Below, piece after piece: positions 9,301-17,957 of a DNA stretch of 64,000 nucleotides. The DNA is from Phototrophicaceae bacterium. GTDB taxonomy: Bacteria > Chloroflexota > Anaerolineae > Aggregatilineales > Phototrophicaceae. The position numbers were made by a program, and so were the translations under genes. The notes under the pieces were generated by a model. That model saw only the letters and a list, made by a program, of their open reading frames with translations, had not been told where the DNA came from and did not search any database. The stretch covers positions 794,050-858,049 of the forward strand of contig CBDBOC010000003.1 in the NCBI GenBank assembly GCA_965208195.1, written 5' to 3'. Positions within the stretch are counted from its first letter, which is position 1. Every line of letters begins with the position of its first letter.

Positions 9301-10548
9301 GCAAAGCGCGCGGACAGCATCATCATCGGTGTCGCTGAGCAAGAGCGTGTTGGCGGCTTTATCGGCCCGATAATCGAAGAGCAGGCCCGTCGCCTGGGCG
9401 AGGCCGGGCGGCGCGCTGCTGAGCGGGCTATCGGCCAGCAGCAGGCACCAATCCAGCAGCAGGCGCACCAAGCCGGCGGTCTTGCTGCCGGCGCGGTCCC
9501 GCAATTCCGAAAGCAGCTCGGCCGCGCGGGCCCAGTTATCGCTTTGCAGGTAGATTTTGACCGCGTCCAGATCGGCCGAAACTTCCAGGTCGCGCAGGCG
9601 GTCGACGATATCCTGGCCGGCGGCGCGGGCGGCGGGGTAGGCCGGGTTCTGGCGCAGGGCGGCGCCCAAATTGGCTTGCAGCGCCAGCAGATCGTTGCGG
9701 CTGAGGTTGGCTGCCCCGAGCTTGCCGTTGACGCGGGCCACGATAGCGTCGCGCTCTCGCTCCAGCGGACGGCGGAAGCGCTGCAGGTCGGCGCTGAATT
9801 CGCTCAGCGCGGCGTAGCGGTAGCGCAAATTGGGATGGACGGCGCGGGTGACGATGGCTTGCAGGCGGAAGTCGATATCGCTGCTATCGCCGTGGAAATC
9901 GACCTGGAAATCGGCATCGCCATCGCGCGGCACTTCAATGCGGTGGCCGCCTGACAAGATGAAATAGAGCAATTCGCCCAACTGATAAATGTCGGTTTGG
10001 CGGCTGATGCCCGCCAGCGTAGCTTCGTCGCCTTCGAGGAAGACGGCGTTGCCCCAATCGATGACCTTGAGCTGGTATTGCTCGCGTTGCCAAAACAGAT
10101 GCTTGGCGTCAACATCGTTGTAGACGATGTCTTTGGCGTGCGCGGCGCCCAGCAGGTCAATCACGCGGCTGATGATCTCCACCATTTCCAGCTGGGGCAG
10201 GCGCTGTTGCTGGCTGGCGAGGCGGGTGACTTCGTCGGCGATGATGACGCCCTGGGCGCGCTCCATGACGATGTACTGCTGCGGGATGCCGCCGACGAAG
10301 AACTGGCCCGCGCCCAGCAGCTCGGTAAGCACCGGGTGCCCGGCCAGGCGCGTGAGGGCTTCGCGCTCGTTGATGATGCTGACTTCCTGGCCGGCGCGGA
10401 TGGGCGGGGCGTCGCTGGGGTTGGGGCGCTTGATGACGACCGGCCGGTCATCGGCCTGGGTATCGACGGCGCGCAAGGTCTCGCCCGATCGGCCGCGGGG
10501 GTAGATATAGTCATAGCGGTAGCGATTGTCGAACAAGCTATTGGCCAT
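6304..10548 (-). CDS. very large membrane protein: N-terminal atypical protein-kinase-like domain, long helical region, one TM, acidic Ala/Pro linker, C-terminal extracytoplasmic domain
   Basis: The ORF is open to 10914. The ATG at 10548 (MANSLFDNRYRY) is preceded by GAGG and avoids overlapping the divergent gene start. Kinase-like motifs are VVIKRP, NEREAL, YNDVDAKH (in place of HRDLKPEN) and IDWGNA (in place of DFG). The TM segment GWLFNIAALLGVLLILGGLLSLA lies at 7159-7227. Confidence 0.8.
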   Translation of the reverse strand: MANSLFDNRYRYDYIYPRGRSGETLRAVDTQADDRPVVIKRPNPSDAPPIRAGQEVSIINEREALTRLAGHPVLTELLGAGQFFVGGIPQQYIVMERAQGVIIADEVTRLASQQQRLPQLEMVEIISRVIDLLGAAHAKDIVYNDVDAKHLFWQREQYQLKVIDWGNAVFLEGDEATLAGISRQTDIYQLGELLYFILSGGHRIEVPRDGDADFQVDFHGDSSDIDFRLQAIVTRAVHPNLRYRYAALSEFSADLQRFRRPLERERDAIVARVNGKLGAANLSRNDLLALQANLGAALRQNPAYPAARAAGQDIVDRLRDLEVSADLDAVKIYLQSDNWARAAELLSELRDRAGSKTAGLVRLLLDWCLLLADSPLSSAPPGLAQATGLLFDYRADKAANTLLLSDTDDDAVRALCLQLAERVSAHFPAVLLLQPNLRRLDAALRQLEADGIPVDEARDILAAVRRSLESALQLPKPGAGAMRDIYGDVVDSLSALHANLQALSLQHEFSERRLPLNALARALNAAKALADNMRVIGKQAAGNPREALAALDASRAIDPPNPVWDTIEDSLSLLYELLKSSQTFVPAADGSDVESWLSERRDDLSPFAGMLFDDSLTAMLDGLESAGAAWARYRDVVIAGDKTEAVRVLTDAGSAVSAISPTLSNWFNQLRSVVENANYVERHSVPGHLGRTLADGWAAFDRGQLADAQRLGQQALEIARNDSEQFIAERLWRLSRIVRDWVERNGAESEDRSEKALLEIEDLFTDAENRAINSFATQMPSTETYLKAMGQGLVSALGNSNTAALRILYAQYILSGVLDAHDGAIDDAGFWHAAALRALPEAAERHIATQKLTEITQKRRHLLAAQSNLNDVTGPQIVDSLGEIARRLEHNPQARLLVSGVQSLRAFESAVADWADAEFRAAGNKIEQALRGITEVESNASIKLPAYRAWLMELQAALAELSVKRRNLLNEIDRQPDIPPPAIREAIHAQADITEDLLGYKTAQMMLGWRDTYEAFHSAYSGDKRRGEKLDHMDELLKDMFIDRHPAYPLFRHWYRQVEALPEEPPEPEAPAPLEPAAVTAPAGEHAWKGEETAPQDESQASKSGDRGWLFNIAALLGVLLILGGLLSLANSGNLQDMLAALAPAATAAPAADADDPAEGVEADAEASSAEDAEAAPAADDSALDQAPEPAPAATEAPQLTAPPTEAPDRALLPTAILPPEGLTGAQNLLALYRDAADWDAEHFSPSDASWRLGMADASDGETIRLAPSADLLDSTYGATASRRIARLEAELALHSANPALADDDAVYFGVLLQGATGERSAGLQIQQEAPDVISLALVVDGQADVISQRAVNNLITRLRLQRDPASGAVSAYFNDAQVGDAIDFVPADAAVEPVIFVKDGVIISVTAWEITLD

Positions 10549-10901
10549 GACGGTCGGCCTCAGAGGCTGCTGCAATTCCAGTTGCATTGCTGCTTGCGCT
10601 TGGCTCCGGCATGTCATTGAATCTCCGCACGCGCGCCGGCCGCGCCGCGCATCGGTGCGAAACGCAAGGAACACGGGGGAAGGTACGCTCGGATGACATT
10701 TATTGTAGGCTTGTTCGACCGACGCGCAAGGAATATATCGCAAAATTGTTGGGATGAGGCTGGCTGCGCTTGGGAGATTCACGGGGCTGGGCCGATGCTG
10801 GGCCGGGCGCGTGTCGACTAGGCAAAGTTGCGGCGGCTGTGTATAACTGATGGCGTACCGCATGGGATGCCGCAGGGCCGACACGGAGACGCTGACGCAG
10901 G

Positions 10902-13900
10902 ATGTCGATGCCACTACGCCGCCTCGCGCCTGATCTGGCCTTGGTCGCCCTCTTGCTGGTGGCGCCGCTACTGATGTTTCATCAGCAGACCCTGGGCGAC
11001 CGCACGCTGCTGCCGGCCGAGAATCTGTATCAGGACGCGCCCTTCGCCACCTATCGCGAGGTGGCGCGCGCGCCGGCTGTGCCTCACAACGATTTGCTTT
11101 CCGACCTGGTCTTGCAGAATTACCAGTGGAAGCGATTCATCCGCGCACAGATGGCGCAGGGCGAAGTCCCGCTTTGGAACCCGCACCAATTCGCCGGCAT
11201 CCCCTTCTTCGCCGCCGGGCAACACTCCGCGCTGTATCCGCTGAGCGTCATCTATTACATCTTGCCCTTGAGCGCGGCTTATGGCTGGTTCATCGTGGCC
11301 AATCTGTGGCTGGCGGGGCTGTTCATGGCGGGTTATTTGCGCGCGCTGGGCGTCAATCGGGCGGGCGCCGGCTTGGCGGGCCTGGTTTATCAGCTGTGCG
11401 GCTTCATGATCGCGGGCGCCGTCTTCCCCATGATCGTGGCGGCGGCGGTCTGGCTGCCACTGATACTGTGGATGATCGAGAATATCTTGCGCGGCCGGGG
11501 CTTGTGGATCTTCCAGGGCACGGCGCTGCTGTGGGTGGTGATCGGCGCGCTGGCGGTGGGCTGCAACATCCTGGCCGGGCATATCGAGATGACGGTCTAT
11601 ACCCTGCTGATCGCCGGCTACTACGCTTCCTTTCGCCTGCTCTGGCTTGGCGTCAGCCGCTGGCGGGCCGAGGGCGTCTTGCCGCTGCGCTGGGCCTTGA
11701 GCTCGACGCTGTGGTTGCTGGCGCTGGTGGCCTTGGGCGTGGGCTTGGCGGCGCTGCAACTGCTGCCGCTGTATGAATTCGTCAGCGACAATTGGCGGGC
11801 TGAGCGCGCCAGTTTGGAGACCGTGCTGGGCTATGCGCATGCACGCCAGGGACCTGTTGCAATTCCTGCTGCCCAATATCTACGGCAATCCGGCGCATCG
11901 TAGCATCGTCGATGTCTTCAGCGGCGAGCAGATCACGGCGCTGACGGACGCGGCCGGCCAGCCCATTGAGCGCATCTATTGGGGCGTCAAGAATTACGTC
12001 GAGGGCGCGCTCTACTTGGGCATTCTGCCGCTGCTGCTGGCGGCTTATGCGCTTGTCAGCGGCTTTTGGCGGCGTCATGCGCTGGCGCCGACTCTGCTGT
12101 GTTTTGGGCTGCTGGCGCTGCTGGCGCTGGCCTTCATGTTCGGCGCGCCTATCTACGGCGTCTTTTTCGCGCTGCCGGGCATGAACCAGCTCAACACGCC
12201 CTTTCGCTGGGTCTACGCGTTGACGGCGGCGCTGGCGGTGATGGCGGGCATCGGCTTGCATCTGCTGACGGAAGCGGGGCGAGCGCGCGCTGGCCGCGAC
12301 AGGCTGGCGACGGCGATGGGCCTGGGCGCGTTGGCGGCGGGCCTGATCACAGCGGCGGCCTGCGCGTTGGCGTATCGCGAGTTTGACCGCTTGGCGCCCG
12401 TCTTCGACCGGCTGGTGGCGGAGCTGGCTTATGCAGCGGGCGCCTTCGCTGATGGGCGGATGTTCTTCAGTTATGTGCTGCCGCAAACGCTGGGGCTGGC
12501 GCTGCTGCTTTCGCTGAGCGGGCTGGCGTTCTTGTGGGCGGCGCGGCGGCGCTGGGCAGTGGGGTGGCGCTGCTGCTGGTCGCCGTGGATTTGCTGCTGG
12601 CGTCTTACGGCTTCAATCCGGCCAGCGACCCGGCCCTGCTCGAGTTCACGCCGCCGGCGGTGCAGCATTTGCAGGGGCAGGCCGGGCATTTCCGCATCAC
12701 CAGCCTGCAGCGGCCCGGCGACCGTCCTATTCTCAACCCCAACCTGGCGATGCAATTCGGGCTGGACGACATTCGCGGCTACGACAGCATCATCCCGGCC
12801 GGTTATGTCGCCACTATGCGCGCGCTGCAGCCGCAGCATCAACTGGATTTCAACCGCATCGCGCCGCTTTCCAGCGCGCCCGAGCTGAATTACGTCGGCT
12901 TCGACCGCGTCTTGCAGTCGGATTTGCTGCGTCTGCTGAACCTGCGCTATGTGTTGACGGCGCACGACTTTGAGATGAGCGTGCCGGGCTGGAAGGAAGT
13001 TTATCGCGATGCGGCCGTAGCCATCTGGGAGAACGAGAGAGTGCTGCCGCGCGCTTTCACCATCGACAAGGCGGACTGGAACCCAATCTGGCTGGCGGAG
13101 ACGGGCGGCGGCTTCAACTTCGGCGACTTCGGCATCAGCGGCGACGGCTTGCGCGTCGAGCGCTATCAGCCGGCGATCATCACACGGGATAGCGGGCGTG
13201 AGAAATTCATCGACATCAGCCTGGAGCGGCCCAGCTGGCTGGTGGTGAGCGAGAGCTATGCGCCGGGCTGGCGCGCCTTTGCTCGGCCGGCCGACGCTGG
13301 TGAAGACGCCGAATTCGGGCTGGCGGTGCGGCTGGTGCTGGCGAATTTTCAGGGCGTGGAGCTGCCGCCGGGCGATTGGACGCTGCGGCTGATTTACAGC
13401 CCGGAGAGCGTCAGCGTGGGCATGTTCGCCTCGTCCATCAGTGTCGCTCTGATTGTGTTCTTGCTGGGCGCCTGGTTCTGGCGCGCCTATATCGGCTTGA
13501 ACAGTGACGAGTCTTCGGGCTTGGCCAGGGTGGCGCGCAACAGCATCGCGCCCATCATCCTCAACTTGTTCAATCGCGGCATTGACTTCATCTTCGCCAT
13601 CGTCATGTATCGCTTGCTGCTGCCGGCCGATGTGGGCATGTACAGCGTGGCGGTGGTGCTCTTCGTGGCTTGCGATATCTTCACCAATTTCGGGTTGGAC
13701 CTGTTCCTGATCCGCGAAGCCTCGCAACAGCGGGCGCGGGCCGGGCGCACCCTCTACAATACGTCAGTCTTCCGCCTGGCGCTTTGCCTGGCTGGCGTGC
13801 CGCTGCTGGCCGGCGTGATGCTGCTCTGGGGCGCTTCGGGCGCGGAAGCCATCAGCGGCGAGGGGCTGGCGGTGGTGGGCTTGCTCTATATCGGCTTGTT

Positions 13901-15002
13901 CCCGGCCAGCTTATCGAAGGGCTTGACCTCGCTCTTCTACGCCAATGAACAAGCCGAGAAACCGGCTGCTATCGCCACCATCACCTCGATGAACAAAGCC
14001 GTCTTTGGCGTCATCGTGCTGCTGCTGAATTATGGCATCGTCGGCTTGGCGGCGGTCAGCATCTTCAACAATGTCTTGACCCTGCTGGTCTTGCTCTGGG
14101 CCGGGCGCAAGCTCATCGGGCGCATCGGCGGCTGGCGGCCCGAACGGGCGCTGCTGCGCGAGATGATCGGCGAGAGCTTCCCGCTGATGCTGAATCACTT
14201 GCTGGCGACCATTTTTTTCCAGGTCGATATTCTGCTGTTGCAGGCGATTCGCGGCGCGGAGACGGTGGCGCAATACAGCACCGGCTATAAGTGGCTGCTG
14301 GCGATCAACATCGTGCCGGCTTTTTTCACGCAGGCGCTCTTCCCGGTGCTTTCGCGGCAAGCAGTGGAGGACCGCGCCGCCTTCAGCCGCTCGCTGCGTT
14401 TCGGGCTCAAGTTGCTCTTCGCGCTGAGCTTGCCCTTGGCGGCCGCGCTGGCCACGCTGGCGGAGCCGCTGACGCTGATCCTGGGCGGGGCGCGTTACTT
14501 GCCGCTCGGCGCCGATGCCCTGCGGCTGATGATCTGGAGCATCCCTATCGGCTGGATGAACAGCCTGCTGCAATACGCCTTGGTCGGGCTGGGTTTGCAG
14601 CGGCTGATCACGCGGGCTTTCGCGGTGGCGGTCGTCTTCAATATCGTCGCCAATGCGCTCTTCATCCCGCAGTACGGCATTCAGGCGGCGGCGCTGACGA
14701 CCATCGCCTCGGAGCTGGTGCTCTTCCTGCCTTTCATCGTCTTGGCGCAGCGGCGATTGCGCGATGTCAGTCTCCTGCGCTTGATCTGGCGGCCCTTGGC
14801 GGCACTGGCGGCGATGCTGGCGGGCTTGGCGCTGCTGGGCGGGGGGCTGCCGGGGCTCCTGATCAGCGTAGCGGTGTATGCGGTGGTCTTGCTGCTGCTG
14901 AAGCCGCTTGACGCTGCCGAGGGCGCGGCGCTGCTGCGTTTGCTGCCGGAGGGCGCGCGCGGGCAGGCGCTAGCCCGCTGGGTGAGCGGGGCGTCGCTGT
15001 AA
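10902..15002 (+). pseudogene. YfhO-type GT-C membrane protein fused to a Wzx/MOP-family flippase, interrupted by two compensating frameshifts
   Basis: Three ORFs (10902-11903, 11773-12888, 12534-15002) carry consecutive parts of one YfhO-like protein. Frame 0 changes to frame 1 near 11836-11848 (GYA / HARDLLQFLLPNIYGNP) and back to frame 0 near 12535-12560. From about 13500 the same reading frame continues without a stop into a flippase-like module (LARVARNSIAPIILNLF ...). Confidence 0.7.
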
Positions 15003-15100
15003 GGGCCCGGCGGCGGAGATTTGCATTTGTAGACAAACGCGCGGCGCAGGCACCGCCCACGCAAAATACCTTGCGCCCCGCAGCCGTCAGCTCCACCTCC

Positions 15101-15205
15101 TCGTCGAAATTTGTAGGGGCGAGACTTGTCTCGCCCTCCCGTCTCTCTCAGCGCCTCCAACGTCGAGCTTTGTAGGGGCGACTCGGTGAGTCGCCCACCC
15201 GCTCA
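15101..15205 (+). repeat. two tandem copies of the TTTGTAGGGGCGA...TCGCCC hairpin repeat
   Basis: Copy one is tcgtcgaaatttgtaggggcgagacttgtctcgccctcccgtctc. Copy two is cgtcgagctttgtaggggcgactcggtgagtcgcccacccgctc. Confidence 0.65.
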
Positions 15206-15278
15206 CAACGTAAACCGGGACAGGGTATGAGGACGCCCGCCGTCGATTCACAGGCGCGGGCGAGCCACCGTCTCGTTC

Positions 15279-15785
15279 CTACGAGAGCCGCTTCAGCAAG
15301 TAGAGCACGAGATTGTCATCGACCGGGTAGGGCTGGCCCGGGACGGCAGGTTGCTCGCCGTAGAAGACGCCGCGGCCATCGGGCAGGTAGCCGCGTTTGA
15401 CGTAGAGGCGCTGGGCGGCGCCGTAATCCGCATAGAGGCCGAAGCCGATACCGGCGAACTCGGCACGTTCAGCGATGCGGCGCTCGGCTTCGTCGAGCAG
15501 GCGCGAGGCGATGCCGCGTCGGCGACAATCGGGCCGCACGTTGAGATCCTGGATTTCGGGGATGCCGCGCTCACGGAAGCCGGGGTAGGCGCTGCGCCAG
15601 ACGACTTTGCAGTGGCCGGCGTAGCCCGCATCAAGCAGCGCGATCAGCAGGACCAGGTCGCCGGCGGCCTGTTGCTCGACGACTGCCTGGAAATAGCCGG
15701 CGGGCTTGGCCCAGCCCATCCGAGTGTCAAAGCTGGTTTGCAGCCAGTGGGCTTCTGCCGCGGTGGCCGGGCGGATGCACGCCAC
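15279..15785 (-). CDS. GNAT-family N-acetyltransferase
   Basis: 168 aa with the acetyl-CoA motif RRRGIASRLLDEAE. The GTG start overlaps the upstream stop by 1 nt (TAGTG). Confidence 0.8.
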   Translation of the reverse strand: MACIRPATAAEAHWLQTSFDTRMGWAKPAGYFQAVVEQQAAGDLVLLIALLDAGYAGHCKVVWRSAYPGFRERGIPEIQDLNVRPDCRRRGIASRLLDEAERRIAERAEFAGIGFGLYADYGAAQRLYVKRGYLPDGRGVFYGEQPAVPGQPYPVDDNLVLYLLKRLS

Positions 15786-16699
15786 TAGTGGGAGCGGGCT
15801 TCGTCGCCCGCCATTTCAGCTGTGCCGGCGCTGGCTGGGCGCGCCCAGCGGTTGCTGATGACCAGGTCGCCGATTTCGACGGCATCGTCCAGCTCGCCCA
15901 TCAGCATGTGCATGACGCTGACATCCAGGTCGTAAGTCTCGCCATTGTCGCAGCTGAGTTGCAGCGCCAGTTGGCCCTCGGGAACGAGGTCGTTATGCAG
16001 GTCCATGAGCATGATGTGGATGCCGCCGGGGCGCAGCTCGATCGTCTCGCCGGCCGGGATGCGCAAGCCGTCGAGCGCTTCCATGCGCGCCATGTCATCT
16101 TCGACGATCGTCTGGTGAAAGGCGACTTGGGCGGCGGCGTTGCTGGCGGCTGAGACCAGGGTGATATCGACTGCGCCCCGGTTGTGGATGCGCATGTAAG
16201 CGGCGCTGATTTCGCCGGGCGGGCCGTCGTGCATGTCGGCTGGCTCATCGCGGTCCATCATGCTGTGGTCCATCGGCACGGCGTCGGCTTCGGCAAGAAT
16301 CTCGACCTCAAAGGTCTGGCGGGCCGTCTCGCCATTGGGCCGGGTCAGGGTCGCTTCGACCATCCAACTGCCGGCCATGGTCCATTCAAAGGGCAGGCTG
16401 AAGACGCCGTCGACGGCGGCATCGGCCTCGGCGAAGACGGGAACCATGCCGGCGTGCGCCATATCGCCGCGCAGGGACAGCGCGCCGGGCTCGGCGAGTG
16501 GCTGGCCGGCGGCGTCGTTGACGCTGACGAGCAAGGTGGTCTGGCCGACAATGTGATCGCTGACCTTGAGATCCAATTGCAGCTCGAAGGTGTTGAGCTG
16601 CTGTTGACGGCAGGCGGCGGGCAGCAGGATCAGCAGCATAAGGGCGCAGCGGAGCAGCGGCGCTATGGACACAGCAACCTCCGGGAGAAACTTGGTCAT
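15785..16699 (-). CDS. secreted/lipo-anchored YtkA(FixH-like)-PCuAC copper chaperone fusion
   Basis: I prefer the start MTKFLPEV at 16699 (TAATG overlap with the upstream gene); the longer track ORF to 17347 overlaps another gene. The N-terminal domain carries GDMAHAGMVP...FEWTMAGSWMV (YtkA-like). A Met/His-rich linker MDHSMMDRDEPADMHDG follows. The C-terminal part AYMRIHNRG...FHQTIVEDDMARM...GGIHIMLMDL is DUF461/PCuAC-like. Confidence 0.75.
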   Translation of the reverse strand: MTKFLPEVAVSIAPLLRCALMLLILLPAACRQQQLNTFELQLDLKVSDHIVGQTTLLVSVNDAAGQPLAEPGALSLRGDMAHAGMVPVFAEADAAVDGVFSLPFEWTMAGSWMVEATLTRPNGETARQTFEVEILAEADAVPMDHSMMDRDEPADMHDGPPGEISAAYMRIHNRGAVDITLVSAASNAAAQVAFHQTIVEDDMARMEALDGLRIPAGETIELRPGGIHIMLMDLHNDLVPEGQLALQLSCDNGETYDLDVSVMHMLMGELDDAVEIGDLVISNRWARPASAGTAEMAGDEARSH

Positions 16700-17778
16700 T
16701 AGACGCCGGGCGAGACCGGCGGGTCGATCAGCAAGTTCAAGCCGTAGCCGCAGACGCCTGCCAACAGCGGAACGCCCAACCACATGTGAATCTCCCACCA
16801 CAGGCCGCCGCTGCCCCAGACGTGATGGCCCAGGATGCTGGTCAGGGCCAGGGCGGCAAGGCTGTAGACGAAGGGCAGGACGAAGGCGAAGGCGCGCGTA
16901 GCCCGCGATGGCGCCAGGCCGCGGCGGTGGAGCCAGATATCGGCCAGGAGGCCGGCCGCGCCCGCGCCGATGGCAAAGATGAATTCGCCGGGCAGGCGGA
17001 TATGCAGCCAGGTATTCAGCAGGGCGTTTATGGCGAACATGAGCGTGAATGTGCCGATGGGCAAATGCCAGCGCCGTGCCAGGAAGAAGACCGCAGCCAG
17101 CATGATGTTGCCGTGAACGACATACGCCACGATGCCGTAGATGTCGAGCAGCGTATGCTCGCCAGGGCGGCGGCCGGTCAAGGCGTCCAGCTCGCTGGTG
17201 ACGGCGGCGAAGGTGGTGAAGAAGGTGATGACGGAGACGATGCAGGTGGTTGTCAGGATTACGGGCAGCAGGCCGCGCCAGGACGGGTCGCAATCGCGGC
17301 GCCAGGCGGCACGCAGCGGACCGCTGATGATCAGCAAGCCTGTGCACGCCAGCAGGAGGTGCGCCGGGCTCAGCAGCGCCTCCAGCGATTCTTCAAAGCC
17401 GAAGGTCTCGTGCCAGATTAGATCGCCGAAGCCAGCGGCGGCGAAGGCGAAGAAGCCGACCAGCGAGATGCCGTAACCCGCCGGCAGAGCTTGGCGCCAG
17501 CGATAGCCGCGACTGACGTTGCGGAAATGCGTGACGATCAAGAGGGCGCCGGACGCCAGGATGGCGCTGTAGAGCAGGGCATGCCAGGGGGTGAAGAAGG
17601 TGTCATCGACATAGCCGTGATTATGCGCCCAGCCATCGAGGAACAAGCCGAAGACATTGATGCAAGAGAATAGGGCGATTGCCCAGTCCAAAGACGGGCT
17701 ATGGGCCGGGGCGCCGCTGATGGCGCGCGGGCCGGAAGAAGCTGGCAGCGGTCGCTCTGCTGATATTGCTCTGGCCAT
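16699..17778 (-). CDS. polytopic membrane protein of unknown function, rich in intramembrane His
   Basis: 359 aa with about 10 predicted TM segments. His-containing motifs include DGWAHNHGY, TPWHALLY, IWHETFGFEES, LSPAHLLL, ILGHHVWG and WWEIHMWLG. An AAGGA ribosome-binding site is present. I recognise no family. Confidence 0.7.
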   Translation of the reverse strand: MARAISAERPLPASSGPRAISGAPAHSPSLDWAIALFSCINVFGLFLDGWAHNHGYVDDTFFTPWHALLYSAILASGALLIVTHFRNVSRGYRWRQALPAGYGISLVGFFAFAAAGFGDLIWHETFGFEESLEALLSPAHLLLACTGLLIISGPLRAAWRRDCDPSWRGLLPVILTTTCIVSVITFFTTFAAVTSELDALTGRRPGEHTLLDIYGIVAYVVHGNIMLAAVFFLARRWHLPIGTFTLMFAINALLNTWLHIRLPGEFIFAIGAGAAGLLADIWLHRRGLAPSRATRAFAFVLPFVYSLAALALTSILGHHVWGSGGLWWEIHMWLGVPLLAGVCGYGLNLLIDPPVSPGV

Positions 17779-17957
17779 GATGCGCCGTCCTTTTCCTGCT
17801 GTCTTGCTGCCATTGTAATCGTCATGGCAGTTGAATCCAACCTTAGCGGCGCGTCTAAACGAATGCGCGCGTCAATGTCGGCGCGTAGTTGGCTAGCGCT
17901 GATTAGGCATTGCTGTAAAATCGAGAGTATTGCGTTGGCGGACCCTTCTGGTACGGC

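Noticed and set aside
10549-10914. N-terminal 122-codon extension of the kinase-like ORF
   Set aside because: The extension would overlap the divergent YfhO start (10902). It translates to non-protein-like sequence and covers the shared promoter region. The internal ATG at 10548 has a GAGG upstream and sits right at the start of the kinase-like domain.
11830-12560. Programmed ribosomal frameshifting as the explanation for the YfhO frame changes
   Set aside because: I see no slippery heptamer (X XXY YYZ) or obvious downstream stimulatory structure at either site. One site lies in a GC-rich run that could plausibly harbour a consensus indel error. Two independent recoding events in one gene would be unprecedented.
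16700-17347. Upstream 216 codons of the 520-aa track ORF 15785-17347
   Set aside because: This part overlaps the well-formed membrane-protein gene 16699-17778 in another frame and is Arg/Pro/His-rich. The ATG at 16699 (MTKFLPEV, signal-like) gives a coherent secreted YtkA-PCuAC protein.
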